Positions 44,747-55,463 are shown, counted from the first letter of the stretch. The stretch is DNA of 64,000 nt from Acidimicrobiia bacterium (GCA_036525795.1 DATCZS010000043.1:5402-69401), one strand, 5' to 3'. The notes: generated by a model from the letters alone, not told the origin. Numbers and translations are program-made.

Positions 44747-45454
44747 TCAGCCGACCGGGACGCCGATCTCCAGTTCTGCCACCTCGAAGGCGCCTGCGGC
44801 GTGATCGTCCAGTTCGTCGGGGGTCCCGGCCAGGATCGGGAAGGTTCCGAAGTGAATCGGAACCACCGTCTCGACGCCGAGAAGGGACCCGGCCATCGCC
44901 GCCTGGCGCGGATCCATCGTGTACCACCCTCCGATGGGCAGGAAGGCCACGTCTGGAGCCCACAGCTCACCGACCAGCTTCATGTCCGAGTAGACCATCG
45001 TGTCCCCGGCGTGATAGAGCGTCGGTCCGTCCGGGAACTCGAGCACCCATCCCGCCGCCTCGCCACCGGCGACGATGCCCTGGTCCCCGCTGATCCCTGA
45101 GGAGTGCACGGCGTCGACCAGCGTGGCCCTGATGCCGGCGATGGCGGTGACGGTGCCGCCCTTGTTCGAGCCGATCGCCTGTTCGAGCCCCTGGGCCGCG
45201 AACCAGGAGGCCACCTCGTGGATGGCGAACACGGGGGCGTCGGCCTTCTTGGCGAGCTCCACCGTGTTTCCGACATGGTCGAAGTGGCCGTGGGTGACGA
45301 AGATGGCGTCCACGCGCTCCTGGGCATGTTCGCCGTCCGGACAGGCCGGATTCCCCTCCAGCCACGGGTCGATCAGCAGGGTCGTGCCGTCGCCCATCCT
45401 CACCCGGACGGACGCGTGTCCCAGCCAGGTGACCTCGAGGCCTGCCAGATTCAT
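44747..45454 (-). CDS. MBL-fold metal-dependent hydrolase (UPF0173-like)
   Basis: VTWLGHASV, IFVTHGHFDHVG. 235 aa. SD GGAGGGAG. Confidence 0.8.
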   Translation of the reverse strand: MNLAGLEVTWLGHASVRVRMGDGTTLLIDPWLEGNPACPDGEHAQERVDAIFVTHGHFDHVGNTVELAKKADAPVFAIHEVASWFAAQGLEQAIGSNKGGTVTAIAGIRATLVDAVHSSGISGDQGIVAGGEAAGWVLEFPDGPTLYHAGDTMVYSDMKLVGELWAPDVAFLPIGGWYTMDPRQAAMAGSLLGVETVVPIHFGTFPILAGTPDELDDHAAGAFEVAELEIGVPVG

Positions 45455-45599
45455 GATCTCCCTCCTCGACTCGCGAGCGATGACCTCAACCTACTCCTCG
45501 GACCCGGCGCACAGTTTCACCCCTCCGGGTCGGCGATACGCGTCGGCGACAGGCGGCAGGAAACCGGCCGGGAGGTCACGAAATCCGCGACCCTGAGCA

Positions 45600-46166
45600 T
45601 CACCGCGCCAGCAGATCGACCCCGTGGGCTCTGAGAAGGCGGGCGACGGTGTGCACGGGGAGGCCGATGACGTTGGTGGGGCTTCCTTCCACCGACTCGA
45701 CGAACACCGCCCCCAGCCCCTGCAGGGCGTAGCCGCCTGCCTTGTCCATCGGCTCGCCGGTCGCGACGTATCCGGCAACCTCCTCGTCGGTGAGCGGGAG
45801 CAGCGTCACGAGCGACCGCTCGACCGTGGAGCTGATCATCCCCTCGGCTGCCACCGCCACCCCGGTGTAGACCGCATGCGTCTCACCGGCCAGCATCGCC
45901 AGCATGGCGCGCGCCTCGGCCGGATGAGCGGGCTTGCCCAGCACCTGCCCGTCGAACACCACGGCCGTGTCTGCGGCCACCACCAGGCGCCCGGACCCCG
46001 CCACCGCATGCGCCTTGAGCCGGGCGACCCGCTCGACGTAGGGAGCAGGCTCCTCATCAGGATGGCGCGACTCGTCGACGTCGGGCGCCTCTGTGTCGAA
46101 GCGCAGCCCGAGCATCGTCAGCAACTCGCGGCGACGCGGCGAACTCGAGGCGAGGATGATGTCCAT
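45600..46166 (-). CDS. maf: Maf-family nucleoside-triphosphate pyrophosphatase
   Basis: MDIILASSSPRRRELL, DTAVVFDGQVLGKP, DKAGGYALQG. 188 aa. Confidence 0.9.
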   Translation of the reverse strand: MDIILASSSPRRRELLTMLGLRFDTEAPDVDESRHPDEEPAPYVERVARLKAHAVAGSGRLVVAADTAVVFDGQVLGKPAHPAEARAMLAMLAGETHAVYTGVAVAAEGMISSTVERSLVTLLPLTDEEVAGYVATGEPMDKAGGYALQGLGAVFVESVEGSPTNVIGLPVHTVARLLRAHGVDLLAR

Positions 46167-46310
46167 GCCGGAACGGTAGTGGAGGCGAGCCGGCAAGAAC
46201 CTCACCCCCCGGGAGCGGCGCACGGAGATCCGGTCCCGTGCGATGCCGGCCGACCCGACGCTCATGGGGGAACGGGCGGGAATCCGACCGGGCCGGGACC
46301 TTCGTTGGGC

Positions 46311-46739
46311 CTACGGCTTCGGCACGCAGACCACGGGTCGAGTCGAGGTGAGGATGATCTCCTGGGCCTGGCTACCCATGAGGAGCTTCCCGACCCGCGA
46401 CCGGTTCTTCACCGTGATGACGATGACGCCGGCGTCGTGTTCGTCTGCCACCCGCCTTATCTCCCTGGCAGGGTCTCCGAAACGCACCACGATCTCGGTG
46501 TCCAGACCCGCCGCCACCGCAGCGACCATTCCTTCGAGTGTGCCCATGGCCCGCTCCTCCGCCTGCTGTCGGAGCGGTGCCGCGCGATGGGGGACGTCGG
46601 CGACGTCTATCGCCCGCGACGTCAGGACGTGCACGACGACCAGCCGGCCATTCCCGGTTCGGGCGACCTCGGCGGCGTAGCGGAGTCCGGCATCCGACGA
46701 GCCCTCCAGGTCGCATGGTGCGACGACCGTCCCAAACAT
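46311..46739 (-). CDS. Universal stress protein (UspA family)
   Basis: LVVVHV..., C-terminal VIVITVKNRSRVGKLLMGSQAQEIILTSTRPVVCV ATP-binding-type motif. Confidence 0.8.
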   Translation of the reverse strand: MFGTVVAPCDLEGSSDAGLRYAAEVARTGNGRLVVVHVLTSRAIDVADVPHRAAPLRQQAEERAMGTLEGMVAAVAAGLDTEIVVRFGDPAREIRRVADEHDAGVIVITVKNRSRVGKLLMGSQAQEIILTSTRPVVCVPKP

Positions 46740-46849
46740 GCGAGTCCTCCCAACGGCGACCACCCGGCAGCGTAGCGGGGGGTCGGGGAGGGTCCGGTCA
46801 CGGCCACGCCGATCGCGGCCTCCGTCCCACCCGCCGTTACGCTGCCGGA

Positions 46850-47776
46850 GTGACCACACCCTTCGTACACGCATCCAATCTCGTCAAACGGTTCGGGGAT
46901 CTGACCGCCGTCGACGGCATCGACTTCGAGGTCATGCAGGGAGAGGTGTTCGGCTTCCTCGGTCCGAACGGCGCAGGCAAGAGCTCGACCATGCGAATGA
47001 TCGGAGCGGTCAGCCCCATCACCGAAGGCCGGCTCACGGTGTTCGGGCTCGATCCGGCGACCGACGGGCGCCAGATCCGGGCTCGCCTCGGTGTCGTTCC
47101 CCAGGAGGACAGCCTCGACACCCAGCTGACCGTCGAGGAGAACCTGATGATCTACGGGCGGTACTTCGACCTGCCGCGCAGCGAGATCGCCAAACGCATC
47201 GACGAGCTCCTGTCCTTCACCCAGCTCTCCGAACGAAGAACCCACCGGGTGGAGCCGCTCTCGGGCGGGATGAAGCGACGGCTGACGATCGCCCGCGGCC
47301 TGATCAACGACCCGGAGATGATCCTGCTCGACGAGCCAACCACCGGCCTCGACCCGCAGGCGAGGCACCTGCTGTGGGAGCGCCTGTACCGGCTCAAGGC
47401 ACGAGGCGTGACCCTGATCATCACCACCCACTACATGGACGAGGCCGAGCAGCTGTGCGACCGGCTCGTGATCATGGATCGGGGCCGGATCGTGGCTCAC
47501 GGCGCTCCCCGCCGGCTCATCGAGGAGCACGTCAGCAGAGACGTGCTCGAGTTGCGCTTTGCGGAAGAGACCAGGCAGGAGTCGGAGAGGTCGCTGGAAG
47601 GGCTCGCCACACGGATCGAGACCCTGCCCGATCGCGCCTTGCTCTACGTCGACGATGCCGAGCGGACGATGAGCGCCGTGCTGGACCTGGGGCTGCGCCC
47701 GATCGCCAACCTGATCCGGCGGGCGACCCTCGAAGACGTCTTCCTGCGCCTGACCGGCCGGACGCTGGTGGACTGA
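46850..47776 (+). CDS. ABC transporter ATP-binding protein (DrrA/NodI-like exporter)
   Basis: GPNGAGKSST, LSGGMKRRLTIA, ILLDEPTTGLD. GTG start within listed ORF 46538..47776. Confidence 0.9.
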   Translation: MTTPFVHASNLVKRFGDLTAVDGIDFEVMQGEVFGFLGPNGAGKSSTMRMIGAVSPITEGRLTVFGLDPATDGRQIRARLGVVPQEDSLDTQLTVEENLMIYGRYFDLPRSEIAKRIDELLSFTQLSERRTHRVEPLSGGMKRRLTIARGLINDPEMILLDEPTTGLDPQARHLLWERLYRLKARGVTLIITTHYMDEAEQLCDRLVIMDRGRIVAHGAPRRLIEEHVSRDVLELRFAEETRQESERSLEGLATRIETLPDRALLYVDDAERTMSAVLDLGLRPIANLIRRATLEDVFLRLTGRTLVD

Positions 47777-48546
47777 TGGCAACTCCCGCCCCCGTCAGGT
47801 TCATGGAGGCCGGCTTCAGGCGCTACAAGCACACGTGGCGCGCATCGGTGTTCTCGACCTTCGTCAACCCGATCTTGCTGCTGCTGTCGCTCGGGATCGG
47901 CCTCGGCTCGCTGGTCGACGAGCGGGGAGGACCGGGCGGCATCGCATACGTCACCTGGCTCGCCCCCGGTCTCCTGGCCGCATCGGCGATGCAGACCGCC
48001 GCAGGCGAGTCGTCGTACCCGGTCATGGCGGGAATCAGGTGGATCAAGTCGTACGACGCCGCACTCGCCACTCCGCTCACCGTACGCGACCTGGCGCTCG
48101 GCCACATCGGCTGGGTCGGCGTGCGACTGACCCAGATGCTGGTGGTGTACGCCGGCGTCATCGTCGCCTTCGGCGCCGCCGATCCCGTGCGGGGCTTCGT
48201 GGCCGTCATGCCCGCCCTGCTCACCGGGCTTACCTTCGCCTGCGTCATCACCGCGTACACCGCACGGTTGGAGAACGAAACGGGGCTGAGCTCGCTCTTC
48301 CGCTTCGGAATCGTTCCGCTCTTTCTCTTCTCGGGAACCTTCTTTCCGATCTCCCAGCTCCCGCAGTTCATGCAGCCGATCGCCTGGATCACACCCCTCT
48401 GGCACGGGGTGGAGCTCACCAGGTCGCTCGCCCTGGCCACTCCCCCGACCTTCAGTCCGGTGGTCCACATCGCCTACCTGCTGGTGGTCGGGGTCGCCGC
48501 CGGGGCCCTCTCCGTGCGATTCCTCGAGCGGCAGGTCGTGAAGTGA
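47776..48546 (+). CDS. ABC-2 type exporter permease
   Basis: 6 TM. The ATG shares one base with the upstream TGA. 256 aa. Confidence 0.8.
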   Translation: MATPAPVRFMEAGFRRYKHTWRASVFSTFVNPILLLLSLGIGLGSLVDERGGPGGIAYVTWLAPGLLAASAMQTAAGESSYPVMAGIRWIKSYDAALATPLTVRDLALGHIGWVGVRLTQMLVVYAGVIVAFGAADPVRGFVAVMPALLTGLTFACVITAYTARLENETGLSSLFRFGIVPLFLFSGTFFPISQLPQFMQPIAWITPLWHGVELTRSLALATPPTFSPVVHIAYLLVVGVAAGALSVRFLERQVVK

Positions 48547-49355
48547 CTTCTGGCACGCTCGTCGCCCGCGCCCTGCCGCCGGCTGTGTTCACGGGCTTGC
48601 GCGCCCAACGGATGCTCGAGCGCAACGTGATGGTGTACCGGCGGGCGTGGATCGTGATCCTGTCGGGCTTCTTCGAGCCGGTCTTCTACCTGTTCTCGAT
48701 CGGGATCGGCGTGGGCCGGCTGGTAGGCGGCATCGACCTCGCCGACGGGACGGTGGTCTCGTATGCCGCGTTCGTCGCGCCTGCGCTGTTGGCGAGCTCG
48801 GCGATGAACGGGGCGGTGTTCGAATCGACCATCAACATCTTCTTCAAGCTCACGTACGGCAAGATCTACGACGCCATCCTCGCCACACCGATGCGCCCAC
48901 TCGACATCGCCCTGGGAGAGATCACGTGGTCTCTGATCCGCGGCGTGCTCTACGCATTCGGTTTCGTGATGGTGATGATCGGCTTCGGGCTGATCGAATC
49001 GGTCTGGGCGCTCATGGCGATCCCGGCGGCGCTCCTCATCGGGTTCGCATTCGCCGCCGTCGGCATGGCAGCCACCTCGTTCATGCGCAGCTGGCAGGAC
49101 TTCGACTTCGTGAACCTGATCACCCTGCCGCTGTTCCTGTTCTCGGCCACGTTCTACCCTCTCGACGTCTATCCCGTCGTCCTGCAGCACCTGACGCGCT
49201 TCTCTCCGCTCTATCACGGAGTCGAGCTGATCCGGGGATTCACCCTCGGGGCGATTGACGTCACGATGGTGGGCCACGCCGCCTTTCTGCTCGTCATGGG
49301 CCTGACCGGCAGCCTGGTGGCATCCCGGCGACTGGAGAAGCTGCTGCTCAGGTAG
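48543..49355 (+). CDS. ABC-2 type exporter permease (paralogue)
   Basis: GTGA overlap with the upstream gene. 6 TM. 270 aa. The ATPase plus two ABC-2 permeases arrangement matches DrrABC. Confidence 0.8.
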   Translation: MTSGTLVARALPPAVFTGLRAQRMLERNVMVYRRAWIVILSGFFEPVFYLFSIGIGVGRLVGGIDLADGTVVSYAAFVAPALLASSAMNGAVFESTINIFFKLTYGKIYDAILATPMRPLDIALGEITWSLIRGVLYAFGFVMVMIGFGLIESVWALMAIPAALLIGFAFAAVGMAATSFMRSWQDFDFVNLITLPLFLFSATFYPLDVYPVVLQHLTRFSPLYHGVELIRGFTLGAIDVTMVGHAAFLLVMGLTGSLVASRRLEKLLLR

Positions 49356-50694
49356 TCGAGTCCTCGCCGGCGGAGGGAGACGGCCGGGCGCTCCCCCCGG
49401 AGCGATCGATCAGCCGGAAGATGGCGTCCGCCCCCTGCCGAATGGCCTCCACGGGGACCCGCTCGTCGGCGGCATGCACGGTCTGCTGGAACACGAAGTC
49501 ATCCGGCAGTCGCATGGGAAGGAACCCGTAGTGGCGGATGCCGAGCCGGGCGAACCACCGTCCGTCGGTGACCGCAGGAAGCACGAACGGGAGGGGGATT
49601 CCGTCGGGATCCATCTCCCGCACCAGGTCGGCCAGGACCGGGAACAGGCCCATGTCCGGCTCGACGCCCTGCGACGGCCCCTCGGCGTCGTAGTCGATGT
49701 CCACGTCGCCTCCGACGAGATGTCGAACCTCGGCCGCCATCTCCTCGGGGTCCAACCCGGGCAGCAACCGCCCGTCGAGGGTGAGCCGGACTTCGCCCGG
49801 CACGACGTTGTAGCTCTCACCGCCGCGCACGATCGTGGCGTTCACCGTGTTGCGCAGCACCGGCTCCAGCACGGCGAGCCTCGACCCGGCCATTCTCGCC
49901 GCCAGCGCCGCAGTGCGGGGGTCGAGCAGCGAACGGAGCGCACGCCGGGTCGTCCCCTCGGTGTGCTCGATCATGGTCTCCAGCATCAGCCGGGTGGTCG
50001 GGACGTGATGGATCGGAAGCCGGCCCCGGTCCAGGCGCGTCAGTGCCCGACCCAGTCGGGCCATCGCGCCGCCCGCAGCCGGCAACGATCCATGCCCGGC
50101 CGGGCCCCGGAACGTGAGGTGGAACGTCACGCGGGCTCGCTCGGCGACCTGAATCGGATAGAAGCGGGTCCCGCCGACCATCAAGGGAAAGCCACCGAAC
50201 TCCCCGATGCCGTAGCGGAGACCCTCGAACCGGTCGGCATGGTCCTCGACGAGGAAGCGGGCGCCCATCGCCCCTCCCGTCTCCTCGTCTGACACCACAC
50301 ACAACACGACATCGCCACCAGGGCGCCTGCCCGAGATGGCGAGTCGGGAGAAGGCGTCCACCATCATCGCCACCCCGCCCTTCATGTCGATGGCGCCCCG
50401 GCCCCACAGCCAGCCGTCGACGATCTCGCCCCCGAACGGGTCCCGCGACCATCGCTGGCCCGAGACCGGAACGACGTCGACGTGCCCCTGTAACAGCAGG
50501 CCGTCTCCATCTCCCCGACCGGGGATCCTCGCAATCAGGTTGGGACGGCCCTCCTGGCGCTGAACGACGAGCGGCTCGACGCCGGCGTCCCTGAGGACGG
50601 CGGCGATCAGCTCGATGGCGGGAGCCTCGTGTCCGGGCGGGTTCACCGTGTCGAGGCGGATGAGCCGTCTGGCGAGCTCCACCGGGTCGATCAC
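49348..50694 (-). CDS. M20/M25/M40-family metallopeptidase
   Basis: RLDTVNPPG, QGHVDVVP, GRGAIDMKGG. GTG start overlaps the MFS stop (GTGA). Confidence 0.85.
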   Translation of the reverse strand: MIDPVELARRLIRLDTVNPPGHEAPAIELIAAVLRDAGVEPLVVQRQEGRPNLIARIPGRGDGDGLLLQGHVDVVPVSGQRWSRDPFGGEIVDGWLWGRGAIDMKGGVAMMVDAFSRLAISGRRPGGDVVLCVVSDEETGGAMGARFLVEDHADRFEGLRYGIGEFGGFPLMVGGTRFYPIQVAERARVTFHLTFRGPAGHGSLPAAGGAMARLGRALTRLDRGRLPIHHVPTTRLMLETMIEHTEGTTRRALRSLLDPRTAALAARMAGSRLAVLEPVLRNTVNATIVRGGESYNVVPGEVRLTLDGRLLPGLDPEEMAAEVRHLVGGDVDIDYDAEGPSQGVEPDMGLFPVLADLVREMDPDGIPLPFVLPAVTDGRWFARLGIRHYGFLPMRLPDDFVFQQTVHAADERVPVEAIRQGADAIFRLIDRSGGSARPSPSAGEDSTT

Positions 50695-51923
50695 GAGAGC
50701 TCTTCCACGATGAGGTCCTCCGTGGTTCGCTCGTACATCGCCTCAAAACGCGACAGGGCGAACAGCACCACCGGAATCACGGCCAGGTGCGCGAGGGCGA
50801 ACCACCGGAAGACCCCGGCATACCCGACATCGTCTGACAGCGCGGTGGCCACCCCCTCCCCGGCGCCGATCCCGATGTTCGACATCGTCTGGAGGATGGC
50901 AAACATCGAACCGGCGATCCTGGTGTCGGTGATCCCCATGGCCAGGGTCACATACGTGGTCCACTGGAGGCCGACGGCCACCCCCCATACGACGGCGAAC
51001 ATGACCACGGCTCGCTCGGTCGTCAGACCGGACAGCGCCAATCCGCCGGCGGACACGGCCCCCACCGTGACGAACACCGCAACGCGCCTCCCGTACCGCG
51101 CGGCGACGACGCTGAGCGCGACCGCTCCGATCACCATCCCCACCCCCTTGAGCGTCCCGTACAACCCGATGGTGGAACCGCTCGACATGAGGTCGTCGCT
51201 CATGTAGAAGGTGACCAGGCCGTCGATCCCCTGGAACGAGGTCCAGGCCACGACGAGCACCAGTCCGAACGCCAGGTAGCGGGGCTGGAGCATCACCCTG
51301 AATGCGCGGCGATCGAACGTGTGAGCCCGGGTCCGGACCGCCGGCTCGGTGACCCGGCGCACCATCCAGAGTGGGATCAGCAGGAGAGCGGCGATCGCCA
51401 GGAAGATCGCCTGGTAGCCGACCGTATCGGCGATCATCCCGAAGATCAGCGAAACGACGACCAGGCCGGCTGCCCGGCCGCCCGTCATGAAGGCCTGTAC
51501 CCGGCTGTGATCCTCGGGCACGACCACGTCGACGGCGAGGGCGTCTGCGGTGGTGTCGAACAGCGCCATGAAGAACGTGGCGATGAGCACCATCGCCGCC
51601 AGAACGCCAAAGCTCTCGGACGGATCGACGAAGTAGGCGGCACCGAACGCCACGGCAGTCGAGACCAATCCGATCTGCATGTAGGGCTTGCGGTGCCCGC
51701 GTCCGAAGAGGTCGTAGCGGTCCGACACCAGTCCGTAGAGCCACTTGATCACGAACGGGAGCAGAGCCAGCGACGCCACGATGGCGAGCCGGTCGGCGTC
51801 GATGCCCTCGCTGTCCATGTGCGGCTTGAAGAAGTTGAGTTGGTACGCCTGGATCACGCCCTGAACGAAGTAGAGCATGGCGAACATGCCGAACAGGTAC
51901 CGACGGGAGACGGCGAGGTCCAT
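50691..51923 (-). CDS. MFS transporter (BT1/folate-biopterin-like)
   Basis: About 12 TM. FAMLYFVQGV and LPFVIKWLYGLVSD motifs. Confidence 0.8.
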   Translation of the reverse strand: MDLAVSRRYLFGMFAMLYFVQGVIQAYQLNFFKPHMDSEGIDADRLAIVASLALLPFVIKWLYGLVSDRYDLFGRGHRKPYMQIGLVSTAVAFGAAYFVDPSESFGVLAAMVLIATFFMALFDTTADALAVDVVVPEDHSRVQAFMTGGRAAGLVVVSLIFGMIADTVGYQAIFLAIAALLLIPLWMVRRVTEPAVRTRAHTFDRRAFRVMLQPRYLAFGLVLVVAWTSFQGIDGLVTFYMSDDLMSSGSTIGLYGTLKGVGMVIGAVALSVVAARYGRRVAVFVTVGAVSAGGLALSGLTTERAVVMFAVVWGVAVGLQWTTYVTLAMGITDTRIAGSMFAILQTMSNIGIGAGEGVATALSDDVGYAGVFRWFALAHLAVIPVVLFALSRFEAMYERTTEDLIVEELS

Positions 51924-52018
51924 GGGGCGAGGGTACCGATCCCGCGACGGTCGGGCCGGGCGACCGCACCCCGGGAACGAAGGGAACCGGGACGACCCCG
52001 ATCGCTAGTGTGCCCGCC

Positions 52019-54307
52019 ATGGCTGGTTCGATCCTGGGCGCCTCGGTCACGCGGGTCGAAGACCCCCGCTTCGTCACCGGCAACGGGACCTATCTGTCCA
52101 ATCGCCACGTCGAGGGAGCGCTGTGGATGGCGCCGGTGCGATCGACCGAACCCCACGCCCGGCTGCTCGCCGTCGACGTGGAGGAGGCCGCCGCCGCGCC
52201 CGGGGTGGTCCGCGCCTACACCGGTGCGGACTTCGCGGAGCTGAGGATGCCCGTCGACGCCCCGTCCACCCCCCAGGAGATGCGTCGCCCCCTGATCGCG
52301 GTCGACCGCGTGCGGTATGTGGGCGAGATCGTCGCCGTGGTCGTGGCCGAGACCGAGCGAGCGGCGCGGGAAGCGGCCACGCTCGTCTGGCCCGACTACG
52401 AACTGCTGCCAACCGTGTCGACCCCTCACGCCGGTCTGGCCCCCGACGCACCCCTGCTCTTCCCCGAGCTGGGATCGAACGTCGTGTACGACAAGGGAGA
52501 CGACCTGACCGATGAGGCGTTGGCCGGAGCCGAGGTGGTCATCGAGTTCACCCTCACCCACCAGCGGGTGGCGGCGGTCCCGCTGGAGACGGGAAACGCG
52601 CTCGCCGCCCCGCGGGGAGACGGCGAAGTCGATGTGTGGCTCGGCGTCCAGTCGGTGCACGGCCCGCGGGCCGGACTGGCGAAGGCATTGGGGATCCATT
52701 GGTCTGCCATCCACCTGAAGGTGCCGGACATGGGCGGCGGGTTCGGAGCGAAGATCCCGATCTACCCCGAACATGCGCTGGTGACGGCGATCGCCCTCGA
52801 CCTGGGACGACCCGTGCGCTGGCACCAGACCCGCTCGGAGAGCCTGCAGGCGATGGCGCACGGCCGAGCCCAGGCCCAGAAGGTCAGGCTGGGAGCGACG
52901 AGGGACGGCCGCGTCACCGGCCTCCAGATCGAGGCACTGCAGGACGCGGGGGCGTACCCGCTGTTCGGGGCGAACCTCCCCTCCATGACCAGACGAGTCG
53001 CCTCGGGGCCATATCGCATCCCCCGGGTCGAATTCCGGTGGAAGTCGGTGGTGACCAACGCGACACCCGTCCATGCGTACCGCGGCGCCGGCCGACCGGA
53101 GGCAACCCTGTCCCTGGAACGGGCTCTCGACCAGCTGGCAGGCGAACTCGGCATGGATCCCGCCGAGGTGCGGAGGAGGAACTTCATTCCGTCCGACGCT
53201 TTTCCATACGTGTCGGCGACGGGGGAACGCTACGACTCCGGAAACTACGACGCCGCCTTCGATCGGGCGCTGGGCATGGCGGGATACCCGGACCTTCGTG
53301 CCGAGCAGGCCAGGCGACGCGCCGGCGGAGATCGCCGCCAGCTCGGCATCGGCATCGGCTCGTACGTCGAGATCACCGCCGGGGTCGGTCGCATGGACTG
53401 GGGGGCGGTCGAGGTGACGCCAGACGGGCGGGCCACGGTCTACTCCGGGGCGCTGTCTCACGGTCACGGGCACGAGACGACCTTTGCCCAGCTGGCCTCA
53501 GGGATCCTCGGACTGCCGATGGACCGCATCCGCTTCGTCCAAGGCGACACCGACCTGGTCGTTCGAGGGGGCGGAACGATGGGATCGCGATCGATGCAAC
53601 TCGCCGGCACGGCGGTGTCCCGCGCCGCCAGGGGCGTCGTCGACAAGGCGCGCGCCATCGTTGCCCACCACTTCGAAGCCGCGGTCGAGGACGCCGTGCA
53701 GACCGAGGACGGCTCGTTCCGGATCGCCGGGGTCCCCGGCACCGAACTGACGCTGGCACAGATCGCCGGGCTGGCTTCCGATGCGGCGAACCTCCCCGAC
53801 GGCATGGATCCCGGCCTGAGGGTCGACGACCTGATCGAGCAGGTCGAGGCCACCGTCCCGTTCGGGACCCACCTGTCGGTGGTCGAGGTCGACACCGAGA
53901 CCGGTGAGGTCGGCATCCTCCGCCACATCGCCTGCGACGACTGCGGGACGATCTTCAGTCGCATGGTGGTCGATGGGCAGGTCCACGGCGGCGTGGCCCA
54001 GGGTGTGGGACAGGCGCTGTACGAGGCGGTGCGATACGACGATGGAGGTCGGCTTCTCACCTCCAATCTGACGGGCTACCTCATCCCCACCGCCACCACC
54101 GTGCCGTCGATCGAGATCGACCACACCGAGACTCCCACCCCGGAGAACGATCTGGGGGCGAAAGGCATCGGAGAGGCCGGGACGATCGGATCCATGCCCG
54201 CCGTGGTGAATGCGGTCATCGATGCGCTCTCCCCGTTCGGCGTGCGCCATCTCGACATGCCTCTGACCCCTGCCCGGGTGTGGGAGGCGATCAGCCGGGC
54301 AGGCTGA
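52019..54307 (+). CDS. Molybdenum hydroxylase large subunit (xanthine dehydrogenase / CoxL form-II-like)
   Basis: ILGASVTRVEDPRFVTG, active-site loop AYRGAGRPE, C-terminal GAKGIGEAG. GTG 52010 is an alternative start. Confidence 0.85.
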   Translation: MAGSILGASVTRVEDPRFVTGNGTYLSNRHVEGALWMAPVRSTEPHARLLAVDVEEAAAAPGVVRAYTGADFAELRMPVDAPSTPQEMRRPLIAVDRVRYVGEIVAVVVAETERAAREAATLVWPDYELLPTVSTPHAGLAPDAPLLFPELGSNVVYDKGDDLTDEALAGAEVVIEFTLTHQRVAAVPLETGNALAAPRGDGEVDVWLGVQSVHGPRAGLAKALGIHWSAIHLKVPDMGGGFGAKIPIYPEHALVTAIALDLGRPVRWHQTRSESLQAMAHGRAQAQKVRLGATRDGRVTGLQIEALQDAGAYPLFGANLPSMTRRVASGPYRIPRVEFRWKSVVTNATPVHAYRGAGRPEATLSLERALDQLAGELGMDPAEVRRRNFIPSDAFPYVSATGERYDSGNYDAAFDRALGMAGYPDLRAEQARRRAGGDRRQLGIGIGSYVEITAGVGRMDWGAVEVTPDGRATVYSGALSHGHGHETTFAQLASGILGLPMDRIRFVQGDTDLVVRGGGTMGSRSMQLAGTAVSRAARGVVDKARAIVAHHFEAAVEDAVQTEDGSFRIAGVPGTELTLAQIAGLASDAANLPDGMDPGLRVDDLIEQVEATVPFGTHLSVVEVDTETGEVGILRHIACDDCGTIFSRMVVDGQVHGGVAQGVGQALYEAVRYDDGGRLLTSNLTGYLIPTATTVPSIEIDHTETPTPENDLGAKGIGEAGTIGSMPAVVNAVIDALSPFGVRHLDMPLTPARVWEAISRAG

Positions 54308-54347
54308 GCCGGTCGTCGACCGCCGGCGGACGCGGTAGCGTGAACCC

Positions 54348-55463
54348 ATGGTCGACGTGCTGGTCGTGGGCGGCGGCATCGCCGGCGTGTCGGCGGCAGC
54401 CGAGATGGCGGCCCGCGGGCGCTCGGTGGTCCTGGTCGAGGCAGAGCCACAGCTTGCCTATCACACCACCGGCCGATCGGCTGCGCTGTACTTCGAGAAC
54501 TACGGGCATGCGGACGTACGCGGGCTCTCCAAAGCGTCGCGCCGATTCTTCCAGAGCCCGCCCGAGGGTCTGGCGGATGCCCCCCTCCTCTCGCCGCGCG
54601 GGGCGCTTTCCATCGCCTCATCCCCCAAGCTCGCCAGGATCGAGCAATGGGCATCGGACGCCAGGGTGTACGGAACACAGGTCGAGATCCTCGACACGTC
54701 CGCGGCGGTGGCGATGGTCCCCGCCCTCAGGCCAGACGCAGTCGCGGGCGCAATCCTCGAACCGGACGCCGCCGACATGGACGTGGCGGGCATCCACCAG
54801 GCGTTCGTCCGCATGCTGCGGAGACATGGAGGAGAGATCAGGACCTCGTCGCCCGTCACCGGTCTCCTCCGGGGCGCCGGGGGATGGGACGTCGCCGCCG
54901 GCGGCTCGACCTACACCGCCGATGTGATCGTCAACGCAGCGGGAGCGTGGTGCGATGCGGTGGCCGGGGCCGCGGGCATCGATCCCGTCGGGCTCGTCCC
55001 CAAGCGCCGAACCGCCTTCATGGTGGCGGCCCCGGCAGGGTCGGAGCGGTGGCCGCTGGTGGCGGAGGTCGACCACGAGTTCTATTTCAAGCCCGACGGG
55101 GTGCAGCTCCTGTGCTCTCCGGCCGACGAGACCCCGAGCGCACCGTGTGACGCCCGCCCCGAGGAGATCGACATCGCCCTGGCGATCGAGCGGATCAACC
55201 GGGCGACCAGCCTGGACATCAGGAGCATCCGATCGAGTTGGGCGGGACTGCGCAGTTTCGTTTCGGACGGATCGATGGTGATCGGATTCGAGCCGGGGGT
55301 CGAGGGGTTCTTCTGGCTCGCCGGCCAGGGCGGCACCGGGATCCAGACCGCCCCCGCCGCCGCCCGGCTCGCAGCCGAGCTGATCTGCGACGGTTTCGTC
55401 TCCGACGAGCTGGCCTCTTTCGGCGTGGACCCGGCCGCCCTCTCCCCGGCTCGCTTCCGCTGA
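54348..55463 (+). CDS. FAD-dependent oxidoreductase (DAO/glycine-oxidase family)
   Basis: MVDVLVVGGGIAGVSAA dinucleotide fold. 371 aa. Confidence 0.85.
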   Translation: MVDVLVVGGGIAGVSAAAEMAARGRSVVLVEAEPQLAYHTTGRSAALYFENYGHADVRGLSKASRRFFQSPPEGLADAPLLSPRGALSIASSPKLARIEQWASDARVYGTQVEILDTSAAVAMVPALRPDAVAGAILEPDAADMDVAGIHQAFVRMLRRHGGEIRTSSPVTGLLRGAGGWDVAAGGSTYTADVIVNAAGAWCDAVAGAAGIDPVGLVPKRRTAFMVAAPAGSERWPLVAEVDHEFYFKPDGVQLLCSPADETPSAPCDARPEEIDIALAIERINRATSLDIRSIRSSWAGLRSFVSDGSMVIGFEPGVEGFFWLAGQGGTGIQTAPAAARLAAELICDGFVSDELASFGVDPAALSPARFR

